Source: an uncultured Anaerolineaceae bacterium (GTDB taxonomy: Bacteria; Chloroflexota; Anaerolineae; Anaerolineales; Anaerolineaceae). Taken from it: DNA of 64,000 nucleotides. The translations under genes and the position numbers were made by a program. The stretch lies in the NCBI GenBank assembly GCA_964593905.1, contig CAZQLE010000002.1, forward strand, positions 3,387-67,386. The letters run 5' to 3'. The notes below the pieces were generated by a model that ran no database searches, was not told the DNA's origin, and saw nothing but the letters and a program-made list of their open reading frames with translations. Of this stretch, positions 46,519-56,120 are shown piece by piece. Each line of letters begins with the position of its first letter. Positions within the stretch are counted from its first letter, which is position 1.

Positions 46519-47097
46519 TTAGCCCAGCAAGAATATGCACGGGGCCCTGCCATCAAAATTTTTTTGCTGCAAATTCAACCCTGTTCCCGCCCTCAGTAAT
46601 TCCAGGTCCATCTGGCACAACTCGGGGTGGTCTTTCACCAGCTCGCCAAACGGGCAACGCTGGAAGTAGATGCGCGGGCCGGTGTGGTGCACCTCCCAAC
46701 GCGCCTGGTAGCCGCGCTGGTTCAACAGGGTGATCATTTGGTTAATGCGCAGGGTGCGGTTGGCGGGGAGGGGGTCAGCGGGCAGCAGCGCGCGGGCGAC
46801 GGCTTCCAGTGCTTCAGGTCCGCCGGTGCGGAGCTGACTGAGCAAGGCGCGCAGCAGCGCCTGGTAGGCGGGGTCGGACGGGTGGGCGGCGAGCTGGTAG
46901 GAAAACACCGGCCGGCCGCGCCGTTCGCTCACTGGCTGCGGGGTGCGATCGACCAACCCGGCGGCCAGCAGGTCTTGCAGGTGATACTGGATGTTGGCCT
47001 TGGTGGTACTGAGCGCGCGGGCAATTTCGGCCGCCGCCGTCTGAGGGTGTGTGCGTAAATATTCAAGGATCAACTCGCGGGTGGGAGCATTTTCCAT
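46519..47097 (-). CDS. ArsR-like winged-helix transcriptional regulator
   Basis: MENAPTRELILEYLRTHPQTAAAEIARALSTTKANIQYHLQDLLAAGLV. The track start at 47160 would run through the nuo promoter. Confidence 0.65.
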   Translation of the reverse strand: MENAPTRELILEYLRTHPQTAAAEIARALSTTKANIQYHLQDLLAAGLVDRTPQPVSERRGRPVFSYQLAAHPSDPAYQALLRALLSQLRTGGPEALEAVARALLPADPLPANRTLRINQMITLLNQRGYQARWEVHHTGPRIYFQRCPFGELVKDHPELCQMDLELLRAGTGLNLQQKNFDGRAPCIFLLG

Positions 47098-47153
47098 GCC
47101 CTTACTATACCCGATTTTGCGAATTAAACAAAGAAAACCTTGTTTTATTCTGC

Positions 47154-47181
47154 TTGACACCCCAAATGGGAATGTTACAAT
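47154..47181 (+). promoter_or_regulatory. Promoter for the nuoB operon
   Basis: TTGACA (47154-47159), 16 nt, TACAAT (47176-47181). Confidence 0.6.
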
Positions 47182-47241
47182 GAAGGTCAGAACCCTCTGC
47201 TTCTTTCTCGGGTTGATCCGCCAGGTACAGGAGAATTTGCC

Positions 47242-47946
47242 ATGCCGGCAAACGAAGAATTAAACAATGCGGGGGTGCAAATCCCTCAAGATTTAGAGCG
47301 CCAGGTGACGATTACGACCCTGGATAAGGTCTATAACTGGAGCCGCAAAAACTCGATCTGGCCGATGATGTTTGGTCTGGCCTGCTGCGCAATTGAGATG
47401 ATCGGCACGGCGGCCAGCCGTTACGATTTCTCGCGCTTTGGCATGGAGGTGATGCGTCCCAGTCCGCGCCAGGCAGATGTAATGATCGTCAGCGGTACGG
47501 TGACCAAAAAGATGATCCCGCAAATTGTGCGTCTATATAACCAGATGTCGGAGCCGAAATATGTGATTGCGATGGGCGCGTGTGCTTCTGGCGGGGGGCC
47601 CTTTAAGGAAGGTTATTCGGTGGTGCCCGGTGTGGACCGCTACATTCCGGTGGATGTGTACATTGTCGGCTGCCCGCCGACCCCGCAAGCACTGCTGAAC
47701 GGGTTGATTGCCCTGCAAAAGAAGATTGAAAATGAATCCATCCGTGATGTGCGCTGGTATCAGAAAAACCCCATCCCGGCGATTCCCATCCCGGTTTTGG
47801 GGCCCGATTTGATGGACCCTGCGCAGTATGCGCAGATCAGGGAATATACGCGGCGCAAAGCTGAAGCGCAGGCAGCCGCGGCAACTCAGGCGCAGGCAGA
47901 TGCACAGGCAGATGGTGAAGGCGATGCGGGAGGGACCCATGCCTGA
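47242..47946 (+). CDS. nuoB: NADH-quinone oxidoreductase subunit B
   Basis: [24 protein letters not shown]. Carries an Ala/Gln-rich C-terminal tail. Confidence 0.9.
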   Translation: MPANEELNNAGVQIPQDLERQVTITTLDKVYNWSRKNSIWPMMFGLACCAIEMIGTAASRYDFSRFGMEVMRPSPRQADVMIVSGTVTKKMIPQIVRLYNQMSEPKYVIAMGACASGGGPFKEGYSVVPGVDRYIPVDVYIVGCPPTPQALLNGLIALQKKIENESIRDVRWYQKNPIPAIPIPVLGPDLMDPAQYAQIREYTRRKAEAQAAAATQAQADAQADGEGDAGGTHA

Positions 47947-49687
47947 GAACACGGCAAGCATTGAGTTGCAAGCGGTATTGGAACGTTTTGGTGATGCTGT
48001 TTCGCCTGATACCCGGCCCGGTTACAGTGGTTATTTGGTGGAGCGTGGGCGGCTGCTGGAACTTGCCCGTGCGCTGCGGGATGAATTGGGCTATGACTAT
48101 CTCTCTTCGATCACCGGGGTAGATTACCTGGCTGAAGAAAAACTGGAAGCAGTTTATCATCTGTATCAATCCACCGGCGGATCGGCGCTGGTGCTCAAAG
48201 TTCAGACCCCCAGAGATGATGGGGTCATCCCTTCATTGTTCGCGTTATACCCCGGGGCAGACTTGCAGGAACGGGAAGCCTGGGATTTGATCGGAATCAA
48301 GTTTGAAGGGCATCCTGATTTGCGGCGGGTGCTGACCTGGGAAGGTTTCTACGGGCATCCGCTGCGCAAAGATTGGCGGGAGCCTTTCTTTGAGGAAGAG
48401 GTTAAGCCATTCAAGACGCGCTGGCCCGAGGGGCATATCCACCGTATCGAAGAGACTATCCCGTTCAATGATAATGTCGATTACCCGGCCGGGTTTGACC
48501 CCGAACGGTGGATTCCCGAAGGGGATGCGCTGATCTATAAGGGGCTTGAACAGGTGGGCGCGGTGCAAGAAGCCGCAGAAACCATTAAAACCGACCAGAT
48601 GATCGTCAACCTGGGGCCGCAGCATCCCTCCACCCACGGCGTGTTCCGCATGGTGGTTGTCATGGAAGGCGAGAATATTCTGGAGGTCAAGCCGGTCATG
48701 GGCTATTTACACCGCAATCATGAAAAGATTGCGGAACGAAATACCTATTTGCAAAACATGCCCTTTACTGACCGCCTGGATTACATTTCGTCGATGAGCA
48801 ACAACTGGGGGTATGCGCTGGCGGTTGAAAAGCTGATGGGGGTTAACCCCCCCGAACGGGCCGAATATATCCGCGTGTTGATGGCCGAATTGACGCGTTT
48901 CTTGAACCATATTTTTGCGACCGGTTTTCTGCTGAACGATCTGGGGGCGTTTTTTACCCCGGCGCTGTATGCCATTGAAGAGCGCGAGTTAATTCTGGAT
49001 GTGTTTGAAGCGGTCTCGGGATCGCGCATGATGTGCAATTACCTGCGCTTTGGCGGTGTGGTGCGCGATATCCCTGAGGATGCGCTGAAGAAAATTCACC
49101 AACTGGTGTTTGATCGTCTGCCACGCAAGGCCGATGAACTTGATCGCTATTTAACCCAGAATGAGATTGTGCGCGTGCGCACCGAAGGGGTGGGGCGGTT
49201 AACGGCCGAACAGGCCATAGCGCTTTCAGCTTCGGGGCCGGTTCTGCGTGCCTCGGGCGTGCCCTATGATGTGCGCCGGGCAGATCCGTATGGGATTTAT
49301 GAGCGGTTTGAGTTTGACGTGGCTTATGGAATGCACGGGGATATTTATGACCGATATCTGGTGCGGCTGGAAGAGATGCGCCAGAGCCTGCGGATTATGC
49401 GGCAGGTGTTAAAAGATATGCCCGGGGGTGAGATCATGGCCGGCAAACCGCAATATATGATCAAGGTGCCGGCCGGCGAAGCTTATGGCCGCGTAGAGGG
49501 ACCGAAAGGCGAACTGGGCTTTTATGTCATCTCCAACGGAAAACCCAACCCGTACCGGTATCATGTTCGGGCGCCATCTTACATTAACTTAACCAGTCTG
49601 GCTGCGATGGGCAAAGGTGAGAAGATTGCTGACCTGGTTGCCATTCTCGGAGCGATTGACATTGTTCTGGGTGAAGTAGACCGCTAG
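47939..49687 (+). CDS. nuoCD: Fused NADH-quinone oxidoreductase subunits C and D
   Basis: NuoC N-terminal half ([11 protein letters not shown]), then NuoD ([15 protein letters not shown]-terminal LGEVDR). ATGCCTGA overlap with nuoB. Confidence 0.9.
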   Translation: MPENTASIELQAVLERFGDAVSPDTRPGYSGYLVERGRLLELARALRDELGYDYLSSITGVDYLAEEKLEAVYHLYQSTGGSALVLKVQTPRDDGVIPSLFALYPGADLQEREAWDLIGIKFEGHPDLRRVLTWEGFYGHPLRKDWREPFFEEEVKPFKTRWPEGHIHRIEETIPFNDNVDYPAGFDPERWIPEGDALIYKGLEQVGAVQEAAETIKTDQMIVNLGPQHPSTHGVFRMVVVMEGENILEVKPVMGYLHRNHEKIAERNTYLQNMPFTDRLDYISSMSNNWGYALAVEKLMGVNPPERAEYIRVLMAELTRFLNHIFATGFLLNDLGAFFTPALYAIEERELILDVFEAVSGSRMMCNYLRFGGVVRDIPEDALKKIHQLVFDRLPRKADELDRYLTQNEIVRVRTEGVGRLTAEQAIALSASGPVLRASGVPYDVRRADPYGIYERFEFDVAYGMHGDIYDRYLVRLEEMRQSLRIMRQVLKDMPGGEIMAGKPQYMIKVPAGEAYGRVEGPKGELGFYVISNGKPNPYRYHVRAPSYINLTSLAAMGKGEKIADLVAILGAIDIVLGEVDR

Positions 49688-49698
49688 GAGGTAGAGGT

Positions 49699-50313
49699 AT
49701 GCGAGGCATGGGAATTATTCAGGGTCTGTGGGTGACGCTGAAACACTTTTTTCAAACGTACCTGACCGATCTGCGCAGCGGTAAGCAGCGTTATACTACC
49801 AAAGCAGGGATTGAAGAGCGGGTCAGCCCGAACACCGATGGTATTTTTACGATCCAGTATCCGGAAGAGAAATTGCCCATCCCGGAAGAATTTCGCTTTT
49901 TGCCATTTCTGGTTTATGAGCCGGGCGAAAATGGCGAGAAAAATTATCGTTGCACCTCGTGCGGTATTTGTTCCAAAGTTTGCCCGCCGCAGTGCATCTG
50001 GATTGTACGTAAAACTGACCCGGTAACCGGAAAACCTGTTCCCGAACCTGCTGAATTTTATGTGGATATTGACATTTGTATGAATTGCGGTTTTTGCGCC
50101 GAATTTTGTCCGTTTGACGCGATCAAGATGGATCATGATTTTGAGATCGCCTCTTACGACCGGCGGGTCAATCATATCTACAATAAAGAAAAGCTGGGTA
50201 AGTCGGCTGCCTATTATGCCTCAATTCGGCCCTTAAACTACACCGCCGAAGAGACCGCCCGGGCCGAAAAAGAAGCCGCCAAGGCTGCACGTGCCAAACC
50301 AGCCGCCGGATGA
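49699..50313 (+). CDS. nuoI: NADH-quinone oxidoreductase subunit I
   Basis: Two 4Fe-4S motifs, CTSCGICSKVCP and CMNCGFCAEFCP. Confidence 0.9.
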   Translation: MRGMGIIQGLWVTLKHFFQTYLTDLRSGKQRYTTKAGIEERVSPNTDGIFTIQYPEEKLPIPEEFRFLPFLVYEPGENGEKNYRCTSCGICSKVCPPQCIWIVRKTDPVTGKPVPEPAEFYVDIDICMNCGFCAEFCPFDAIKMDHDFEIASYDRRVNHIYNKEKLGKSAAYYASIRPLNYTAEETARAEKEAAKAARAKPAAG

Positions 50314-50332
50314 TGAGCGCAGCGAGGTTTCG

Positions 50333-50665
50333 ATGTATAATTCTGAAACGGAGTTGATTTTCCCGCTGCGGGTGGTTCCCTCTTTGAGGGATTTGCGGGG
50401 TGGTGAGTGGGCTGCTCTGGTTGAAAAAGTAACTGCGGTTGACGCCGACCCATGCGACCAGCTTGCGTTTGTTTATTTAATGGTGCGGATGGGGGGGTGT
50501 GTAACCTGCAATATCGATTCGTTTCGGGCCATGAAAGGCTGTGCGCAATGCGCCCGACAGACCCTGCGACGTTTTCGCGGCAGTGATGCCGATTTGGTGG
50601 CTCAGTTTGGTGAGGCGCAAAAAGAAGTTTACGCCTTCCAGGAAAAAGCCGATTCTGCGGGCTAA
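50333..50665 (+). CDS. Small Cys-rich hypothetical protein (110 aa)
   Basis: MYNSETE start after GAGG. Paired CxxC motifs (GGCVTCNIDS, KGCAQCARQ). No family recognised. Confidence 0.45.
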   Translation: MYNSETELIFPLRVVPSLRDLRGGEWAALVEKVTAVDADPCDQLAFVYLMVRMGGCVTCNIDSFRAMKGCAQCARQTLRRFRGSDADLVAQFGEAQKEVYAFQEKADSAG

Positions 50666-50824
50666 GTTATCAAGGCAGCGCTCAGCCAGCCCGGGAAATT
50701 GCCAGATTTGTGCGATGTTTACAGGTCGAAAAAGGCATCGGTCTGTAAATCTTCCAGGTTTGGGCTTTTTCCTTGCAATCTGAGAAGTTACAATCAAATT
50801 TATTGTGACTGGAAAGGGATTAGA

Positions 50825-51901
50825 ATGACAGCTAATATTACCCAGGACATGGTTCTCGCTGCGCTCCGCACTGTACAAGAACCGGAATTGCACCGTGATC
50901 TGGTGACCCTCAATATGATTCAGGACCTTGTTGTTGGCGATGATGAGGTTTCTTTTACCATTGTTTTGACCACACCAGCCTGCCCTTTGCGCGGCAAAAT
51001 AGAAAAAGAGGCCCGTGAGGCGGTGGAAGTGCTTACGGGAGTGAGCAAGGTCAATATTCAGATGACCTCGAATGTGGTCTCAGACGGCCGTGCGCGGGGG
51101 TTGATGGAACTGCCGGTGAAGAACGCGGTTGCGATTGCTTCGGGCAAGGGCGGGGTTGGCAAGAGCACCGTTTCAGTAAACGTTGCGGTGGCTTTGGCAC
51201 AATCTGGCGCGAAGGTCGGTCTGCTGGACGCCGATATCTACGGTCCAAATATCCCCACCATGATGGGTGTTGACCGTCTGCCGCGGATGAGCAACGAAAA
51301 ATTGATCCCCGCTGAGACCTATGGGGTGAAAATGATGTCGATCGGTTTTCTGGTCAAACCCGGACAGCCGTTGATCTGGCGCGGCCCCATGCTGCATTCA
51401 GCCATTCGCCAGTTTTTGACGGATGTGGAATGGGGAGAATTGGATTATTTGATCATTGATCTGCCGCCTGGCACGGGTGATGCGCAGCTTTCGCTGGCAC
51501 AGTCCGTTCCGCTCAGCGGGGGTGTGATTGTTACCCTGCCGCAGCAGGTATCGCTTGAAGATGCCACACGCGGTCTGGAGATGTTTAAAACCCTCAATGT
51601 TCCAATTCTGGGGGTGGTGGAAAATATGAGTTACCTGGAATTACCAGATGGTACCCGGATGGAAGTTTTTGGTAACGGTGGTGGTGAACGATTGGCCCGA
51701 GAGGCAGATACGCCTTTCTTTGGCAAGATCCCGATGGACCCTGCGGTGCGGGCGGGCGGTGATGATGGCCAACCAATCGTTGCAGTTAACCCGGACTCGG
51801 CGCCTGCAAAAGCTTTACGCTCGATTGCAGAACAAATTGCAGCCCGATTGAGTGTGGCTGCCGCAGAAGGTTCGGGATTATCGATATCGATGGTGGATTA
51901 A
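50825..51901 (+). CDS. mrp: Mrp/NBP35/ApbC-type Fe-S cluster carrier ATPase
   Basis: N-terminal DUF59 ([10 protein letters not shown]), deviant Walker [11 protein letters not shown], and the P-loop ParA fold. Confidence 0.9.
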   Translation: MTANITQDMVLAALRTVQEPELHRDLVTLNMIQDLVVGDDEVSFTIVLTTPACPLRGKIEKEAREAVEVLTGVSKVNIQMTSNVVSDGRARGLMELPVKNAVAIASGKGGVGKSTVSVNVAVALAQSGAKVGLLDADIYGPNIPTMMGVDRLPRMSNEKLIPAETYGVKMMSIGFLVKPGQPLIWRGPMLHSAIRQFLTDVEWGELDYLIIDLPPGTGDAQLSLAQSVPLSGGVIVTLPQQVSLEDATRGLEMFKTLNVPILGVVENMSYLELPDGTRMEVFGNGGGERLAREADTPFFGKIPMDPAVRAGGDDGQPIVAVNPDSAPAKALRSIAEQIAARLSVAAAEGSGLSISMVD

Positions 51902-51902
51902 A

Positions 51903-52781
51903 ATGGCAATAATCCCAATTGTGGTTGGAGTTCGATTTTCACGGGTCGGAAAGATCTATCATTTTGATGCCGGCGCGTTTAACACCCTGAAACCGGGCGA
52001 CCATGTGATTGTTGAAACGGCCCGCGGCTGGCAGCTTGGCGAAGTGGCTCAGGTGGTGTTTGACCATGAACCTGCTGCCGATGCCCCGATGAAAACGGTG
52101 GATCGGCTGGCTACCCCGCGCGATTTGATGCTGCGACAGAACTGGGTTTTAAAAGAATCTGAAGTGATCACTGCGGCGCGAAAACGCGCCGCAGAGCTGC
52201 GCTTGCATGGGGCGAAAATTATCGCCGCTGAATACAGTTTTGATGGCAGTCGTTTATCGATCCTTTTCAGCAGCGAGTCGGAAGAAAAGGTTGACCTGAA
52301 GTCGATGAAGGGCGATATGCAAAAGATGTTCGCCCCCAGTCAGGTGGAGCTGCGTCAGATTGGCCCGCGAGATGTCGCCAAATTTCTGGGGGGAATGGGT
52401 GCCTGTGGTCTGGAGAACCGCTGTTGTTCCAAGTTTCTTAGCGATTTCAGCTCCATCTCGATTCGCATGGCGAAGGAACAGGGCATTTCTCTCACGCCGA
52501 CCGAGATCACCGGAATGTGCGGACGTTTGCGCTGCTGTTTGATCTATGAATATGATCATTATGTTGAATGCCGTTCGCGGCTGCCTAAGCGCAACAAACG
52601 GGTGAAGACGCCGCAAGGTGAAGGCAAAGTGATTGAGGTGCTGCCGCTGCGCGGAGCTGTGATTGTGGACCTGCCAGAGGTGGGCCGGCGCGAATTTATG
52701 GGTGATGATATCACCCTTGTCGATGACCCAAACCAGGGCGGTAAACCCAAACAAGGGGTTGAGACAGACGACAGCGAATAG
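51903..52781 (+). CDS. PSP1 domain protein (YaaT/RicT-like)
   Basis: VGVRFSRVGKIYHFDA and the Cys cluster CGRLRCCLIYE. Confidence 0.75.
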   Translation: MAIIPIVVGVRFSRVGKIYHFDAGAFNTLKPGDHVIVETARGWQLGEVAQVVFDHEPAADAPMKTVDRLATPRDLMLRQNWVLKESEVITAARKRAAELRLHGAKIIAAEYSFDGSRLSILFSSESEEKVDLKSMKGDMQKMFAPSQVELRQIGPRDVAKFLGGMGACGLENRCCSKFLSDFSSISIRMAKEQGISLTPTEITGMCGRLRCCLIYEYDHYVECRSRLPKRNKRVKTPQGEGKVIEVLPLRGAVIVDLPEVGRREFMGDDITLVDDPNQGGKPKQGVETDDSE

Positions 52782-52856
52782 TCAAAATACCCGCCTGCAT
52801 TAAAACGCGAAGCAAACTTGATGGATGCTTCGCGTCTGTATTTGAGGGATAAACCG

Positions 52857-54035
52857 ATGACTAACTTTCTTGAAGAAGCCCAGAATCTATTTTCATATTC
52901 CCAGATGATCCGGCGCGACCTGCACCAGCACCCCGAACTGGGATTTCAGGAATATCGCACTTCGGCCCTGGTGGCAAAAGAGTTAGCGGCCCTGGGTTTG
53001 GAAGTGCTTACCGGCATTGCCCAAACCGGGGTAGCGGCGCTGGTCGACGGCGCAAAACCAGGCCCGGTGACCATGCTGCGGGTGGATATGGATGCGCTGC
53101 CGATTGATGAACAAAATCAGGTTTCGTATGCTTCCTGTAATGCCGGGGTGATGCACGCCTGCGGCCACGATGCGCATACAGCCATCGGCCTTACTGTGGC
53201 AAAAATGCTGGTCAAACATCAGGCCGAGTTATACGGAAAAGTGAAATTGATTTTTCAGCCGGCAGAGGAAGCGCAGGGCGGCGCTCAGCAGATGATTGCC
53301 GATGGCATCTTGCAGCGTCCTGAGGTCGATTATGTGTTGGGGGTGCATGTGTGGAATGAAAAACCACTGGGCTGGTGCGCCGCGACAAATGGCCCGGTAA
53401 TGGCAGGGGCTGATTTTTTCAAAATTGAAATTGAAGGCAAAGGGGGGCATGGCGCAGTTCCGCACCACAGCATTGACCCGGTGATTGCAACGGCTCATTT
53501 GATCACAGCTTTAAATACCGTTGTATCTCGCAATGTGTCTCCGCTGGAGGCAGGGGTATTAAGTGTGACCAGGGTATTGGCCGGTGAAGCTTATAATGTG
53601 ATCCCGCAGAAGGCAGAAATTGGCGGGACCATACGATCTTTTTCGGCTGAGGTCCGCGAGCGGATCTTGCAGCGGGTGACGGAAATTTGCGAAGGCACCG
53701 CAAAGGCTTTTCAGGTTCAAATTCGACCGGATCTAACCGGCCTTGCGCTGCCGGTGGTGAATGACCCACAGGTTGCGAGTTTGGTCAGAAGCGCCGCTGC
53801 TTCGCAGATTGCAGCGATGGAGATCAGCGCCGACTACCGTACCATGGGTTCTGAAGACATGGCGTTTTACCTGAAAGAAAAGCTGGGCTGTTTTCTGCTA
53901 ATTGGTTCTGCCGACCCGGCGAGCGGTAAGGATTTTCCCCATCATCATCCGCAATTTGATATTGACGAAAGGGTTATGCCGCAGGCGGCTGCAATAATTA
54001 CTGCCGCGCTGTTTGATATTGGAGCGCGGAGATGA
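52857..54035 (+). CDS. M20-family amidohydrolase (N-acyl-amino-acid amidohydrolase-like)
   Basis: MHACGHDAHTA, FQPAEE, GKGGHGA. Confidence 0.8.
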   Translation: MTNFLEEAQNLFSYSQMIRRDLHQHPELGFQEYRTSALVAKELAALGLEVLTGIAQTGVAALVDGAKPGPVTMLRVDMDALPIDEQNQVSYASCNAGVMHACGHDAHTAIGLTVAKMLVKHQAELYGKVKLIFQPAEEAQGGAQQMIADGILQRPEVDYVLGVHVWNEKPLGWCAATNGPVMAGADFFKIEIEGKGGHGAVPHHSIDPVIATAHLITALNTVVSRNVSPLEAGVLSVTRVLAGEAYNVIPQKAEIGGTIRSFSAEVRERILQRVTEICEGTAKAFQVQIRPDLTGLALPVVNDPQVASLVRSAAASQIAAMEISADYRTMGSEDMAFYLKEKLGCFLLIGSADPASGKDFPHHHPQFDIDERVMPQAAAIITAALFDIGARR

Positions 54036-54892
54036 ATTTTGAAATTCCACCCGTTGTTCCAGCGAGTGTAGTTTCTTTGCTTCCTTCGGGAACTGCAAAT
54101 CTGTTGGATCTGGGAATGGGCGATCGCTTGGTCGGGGTGACGGATTTTTGCCATATCCCCGATGCAAGTAAGGGGCATATCCAGCGAATTGGCGGCCCAA
54201 AAACGGTGGCGGTGCAACAAGTGTTGGATCTTCACCCCGACCTTGTTCTGGCAAACCAGGAAGAGAATGATCAACAGCAGGTGACGCGCTTAATGGCAGC
54301 CGGGATTCCGGTCTGGGTTAGTTTTCCAAAAACTGTGCAAGATAGCATTCAGGAATTGTGGAAACTGGTGGATATCTTTCGTTTGGATTCAGCCCGGCAG
54401 ATGGTATCGTGGCTGGAAAAAGCGGTTGAATGGCAGCGGCTGGCGACCCATGATCAGCCCAGGAAGAAGTATTTTTGTCCCATCTGGCAGGGTGAACACA
54501 GCGGCGTTCATTGGTGGATGACTTTTAACCGCGCTACATATTGCGACAGCCTTCTTGATCTGCTGGGTGGCGAAAATATTTTTGGGGGCCGTGAGCGAAG
54601 GTACCCATTGGAAGCTGAACTGGGCCTGGCTGAAGCGCAAGAACCCGGCGATCGCGACCGGCGGTATCCGGCTGTGCGGGTTGAAGATGTGATTACCCAG
54701 GACCCTGATCTGATTTTGCTGCCCGATGATCCATATGTGTTTCAAGACCGGGATCTTGAAACCATGAAATTTTTGTTGGCAGAGACCAGTGCAGTGAAGA
54801 ATGGGTCAATTTTCAGGGTGGATGGCAGTTTGATCACCTGGCCGGGAACGCGCATGGGAAAAGCAATCAGCGAGTTATCACAGTTGTTTTGA
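54032..54892 (+). CDS. BtuF/TroA-like helical-backbone binding protein, no signal peptide seen
   Basis: VVSLLPSGTANLLDLGMGDRLVGVTDFC and DPDLILLPDDPY are typical of Peripla_BP_2. Confidence 0.55.
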   Translation: MNFEIPPVVPASVVSLLPSGTANLLDLGMGDRLVGVTDFCHIPDASKGHIQRIGGPKTVAVQQVLDLHPDLVLANQEENDQQQVTRLMAAGIPVWVSFPKTVQDSIQELWKLVDIFRLDSARQMVSWLEKAVEWQRLATHDQPRKKYFCPIWQGEHSGVHWWMTFNRATYCDSLLDLLGGENIFGGRERRYPLEAELGLAEAQEPGDRDRRYPAVRVEDVITQDPDLILLPDDPYVFQDRDLETMKFLLAETSAVKNGSIFRVDGSLITWPGTRMGKAISELSQLF

Positions 54893-54930
54893 GAGAACGC
54901 AGCAACCGCGAAGAATCAGCGATAAGGGGT

Positions 54931-54971
54931 TTACAGACTGACGTAGGGATGCTACGCTCGCTCTGTGCGCA
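54931..54971. repeat. Intergenic repeat, copy 1
   Basis: TTACAGACTGACGTAGGGATGCTACGCTCGCTCTGTGCGCA is 36/41 identical to 55098-55138. Confidence 0.6.
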
Positions 54972-55097
54972 TGACACGGACGAAAGGCCGGCGCGACACA
55001 GACGAAACCGTATGTCATTCTGAGCCGCTGCGCCACGTTCTTTCGGTGCGGCGTGCGAAGAATCCCTTCCTATGCGGGCAGCGGCAGGGGGCTTGTC

Positions 55098-55138
55098 TTG
55101 CAGACCGGCGTAGGGATGCTTCGCTCGCTCTGCGCGCA
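55098..55138. repeat. Intergenic repeat, copy 2
   Basis: TTGCAGACCGGCGTAGGGATGCTTCGCTCGCTCTGCGCGCA. Between the copies lie a GTCATTCTGAGC...GCGAAGAATC unit and a second GCGAAGAATC at 54908. Confidence 0.6.
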
Positions 55139-55179
55139 AAAACATTTTTCAGCCGATAATTTAGAGTGCTTTTTTGGCC

Positions 55180-55204
55180 GCCCGGGTTTTTGCCCGGGCT
55201 TTTT
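55180..55204 (+). terminator. Intrinsic terminator closing the repeat-containing 3' region
   Basis: GCCCGGG-TTTTTG-CCCGGGC followed by TTTTT. Confidence 0.55.
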
Positions 55205-55316
55205 GGGCTTTTATGACAAACGTCACGTGATGGATAACCCGTTGACAAGCCGCGAACGCTGATGCTATACTCGTATTATCTGAATAATCTGATTAATCGT
55301 TTTGTTGAAGAAGCCT

Positions 55317-56018
55317 ATGTTAACCAAAGACCGCAGTGAACAATTATCAGAATTTCTTCGCTATCTGGCTGATTGCGAACAAAGTGAATGTGAGCGACTC
55401 CCTTCACTGGCCGATCTTAGCGGAAAACTGGGGATCAGCATCGCCTCGCTGCGCGAGCAACTGGAAGTGGCGCGTGCAATGGGGCTGGTTGAAGTAAAAC
55501 CGAAGACAGGCATTCGCCGGTTGCCGTATACCTTTAGCCCCTCCATTCAAAAAAGTTTGCTTTATGCAGTAGAGGTTGACCCGACGGCTTTTCAACAATA
55601 TGCAGATTTGCGCAAGCATATCGAAGAGGCTTACTGGTATCAGGCGGTAAGTTTATTAACCCCGGAAGATCATAAACTGCTGCGCCAGTTATTGCGCTCT
55701 GCTCAAGACAGGCTCAGGGCCATTCCGTTGCAGGTGCCAAATGCAGAGCATCGTGAGCTTCATCTGGTCATTTACCGCCGTTTGCAGAACCAGTTCGTTC
55801 TGGGAATTCTGGAAACCTACTGGGACCTGTATGAGGCGGTTGGTCTGGGACTTGCGAACGACATTGGTTATATTCGTCAGGTCTGGCAGTACCACGAAAA
55901 AATGGTCGAGAACATTTGTAATGGAAATTACACCGCTGGCTACCAGACGCTGAAGGAGCACATGGATTTGTTGAAGGAGCGTCGCAAGCCTCCTGCGCCA
56001 AGAAGACAATTTGAATAA
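55317..56018 (+). CDS. GntR/FadR-family transcriptional regulator (FCD C-terminal domain)
   Basis: wHTH LPSLADLSGKLGISIASLREQLEVARAMGLVEV plus a helical FCD-like domain. TTG 55302 is an alternative start. Confidence 0.75.
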   Translation: MLTKDRSEQLSEFLRYLADCEQSECERLPSLADLSGKLGISIASLREQLEVARAMGLVEVKPKTGIRRLPYTFSPSIQKSLLYAVEVDPTAFQQYADLRKHIEEAYWYQAVSLLTPEDHKLLRQLLRSAQDRLRAIPLQVPNAEHRELHLVIYRRLQNQFVLGILETYWDLYEAVGLGLANDIGYIRQVWQYHEKMVENICNGNYTAGYQTLKEHMDLLKERRKPPAPRRQFE

Positions 56019-56120
56019 GCGCTGCTGTCATGCTCCAGGCTACTTAATGCAGACAGACAGCGAGATTATTTGGTATGTGATTTGAGCGATAAGATCCGAT
56101 CACGATAATAAGGAGCCGAT

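Noticed and set aside
47242-50313. Interpreting nuoB-CD-I as an energy-converting NiFe hydrogenase module.
   Set aside because: The NuoD part has [11 protein letters not shown] in place of the N-terminal RxCGxCxxxH NiFe-binding motif and ends LGEVDR without the C-terminal DPCxxCxxH. It is therefore complex-I-type, not hydrogenase.
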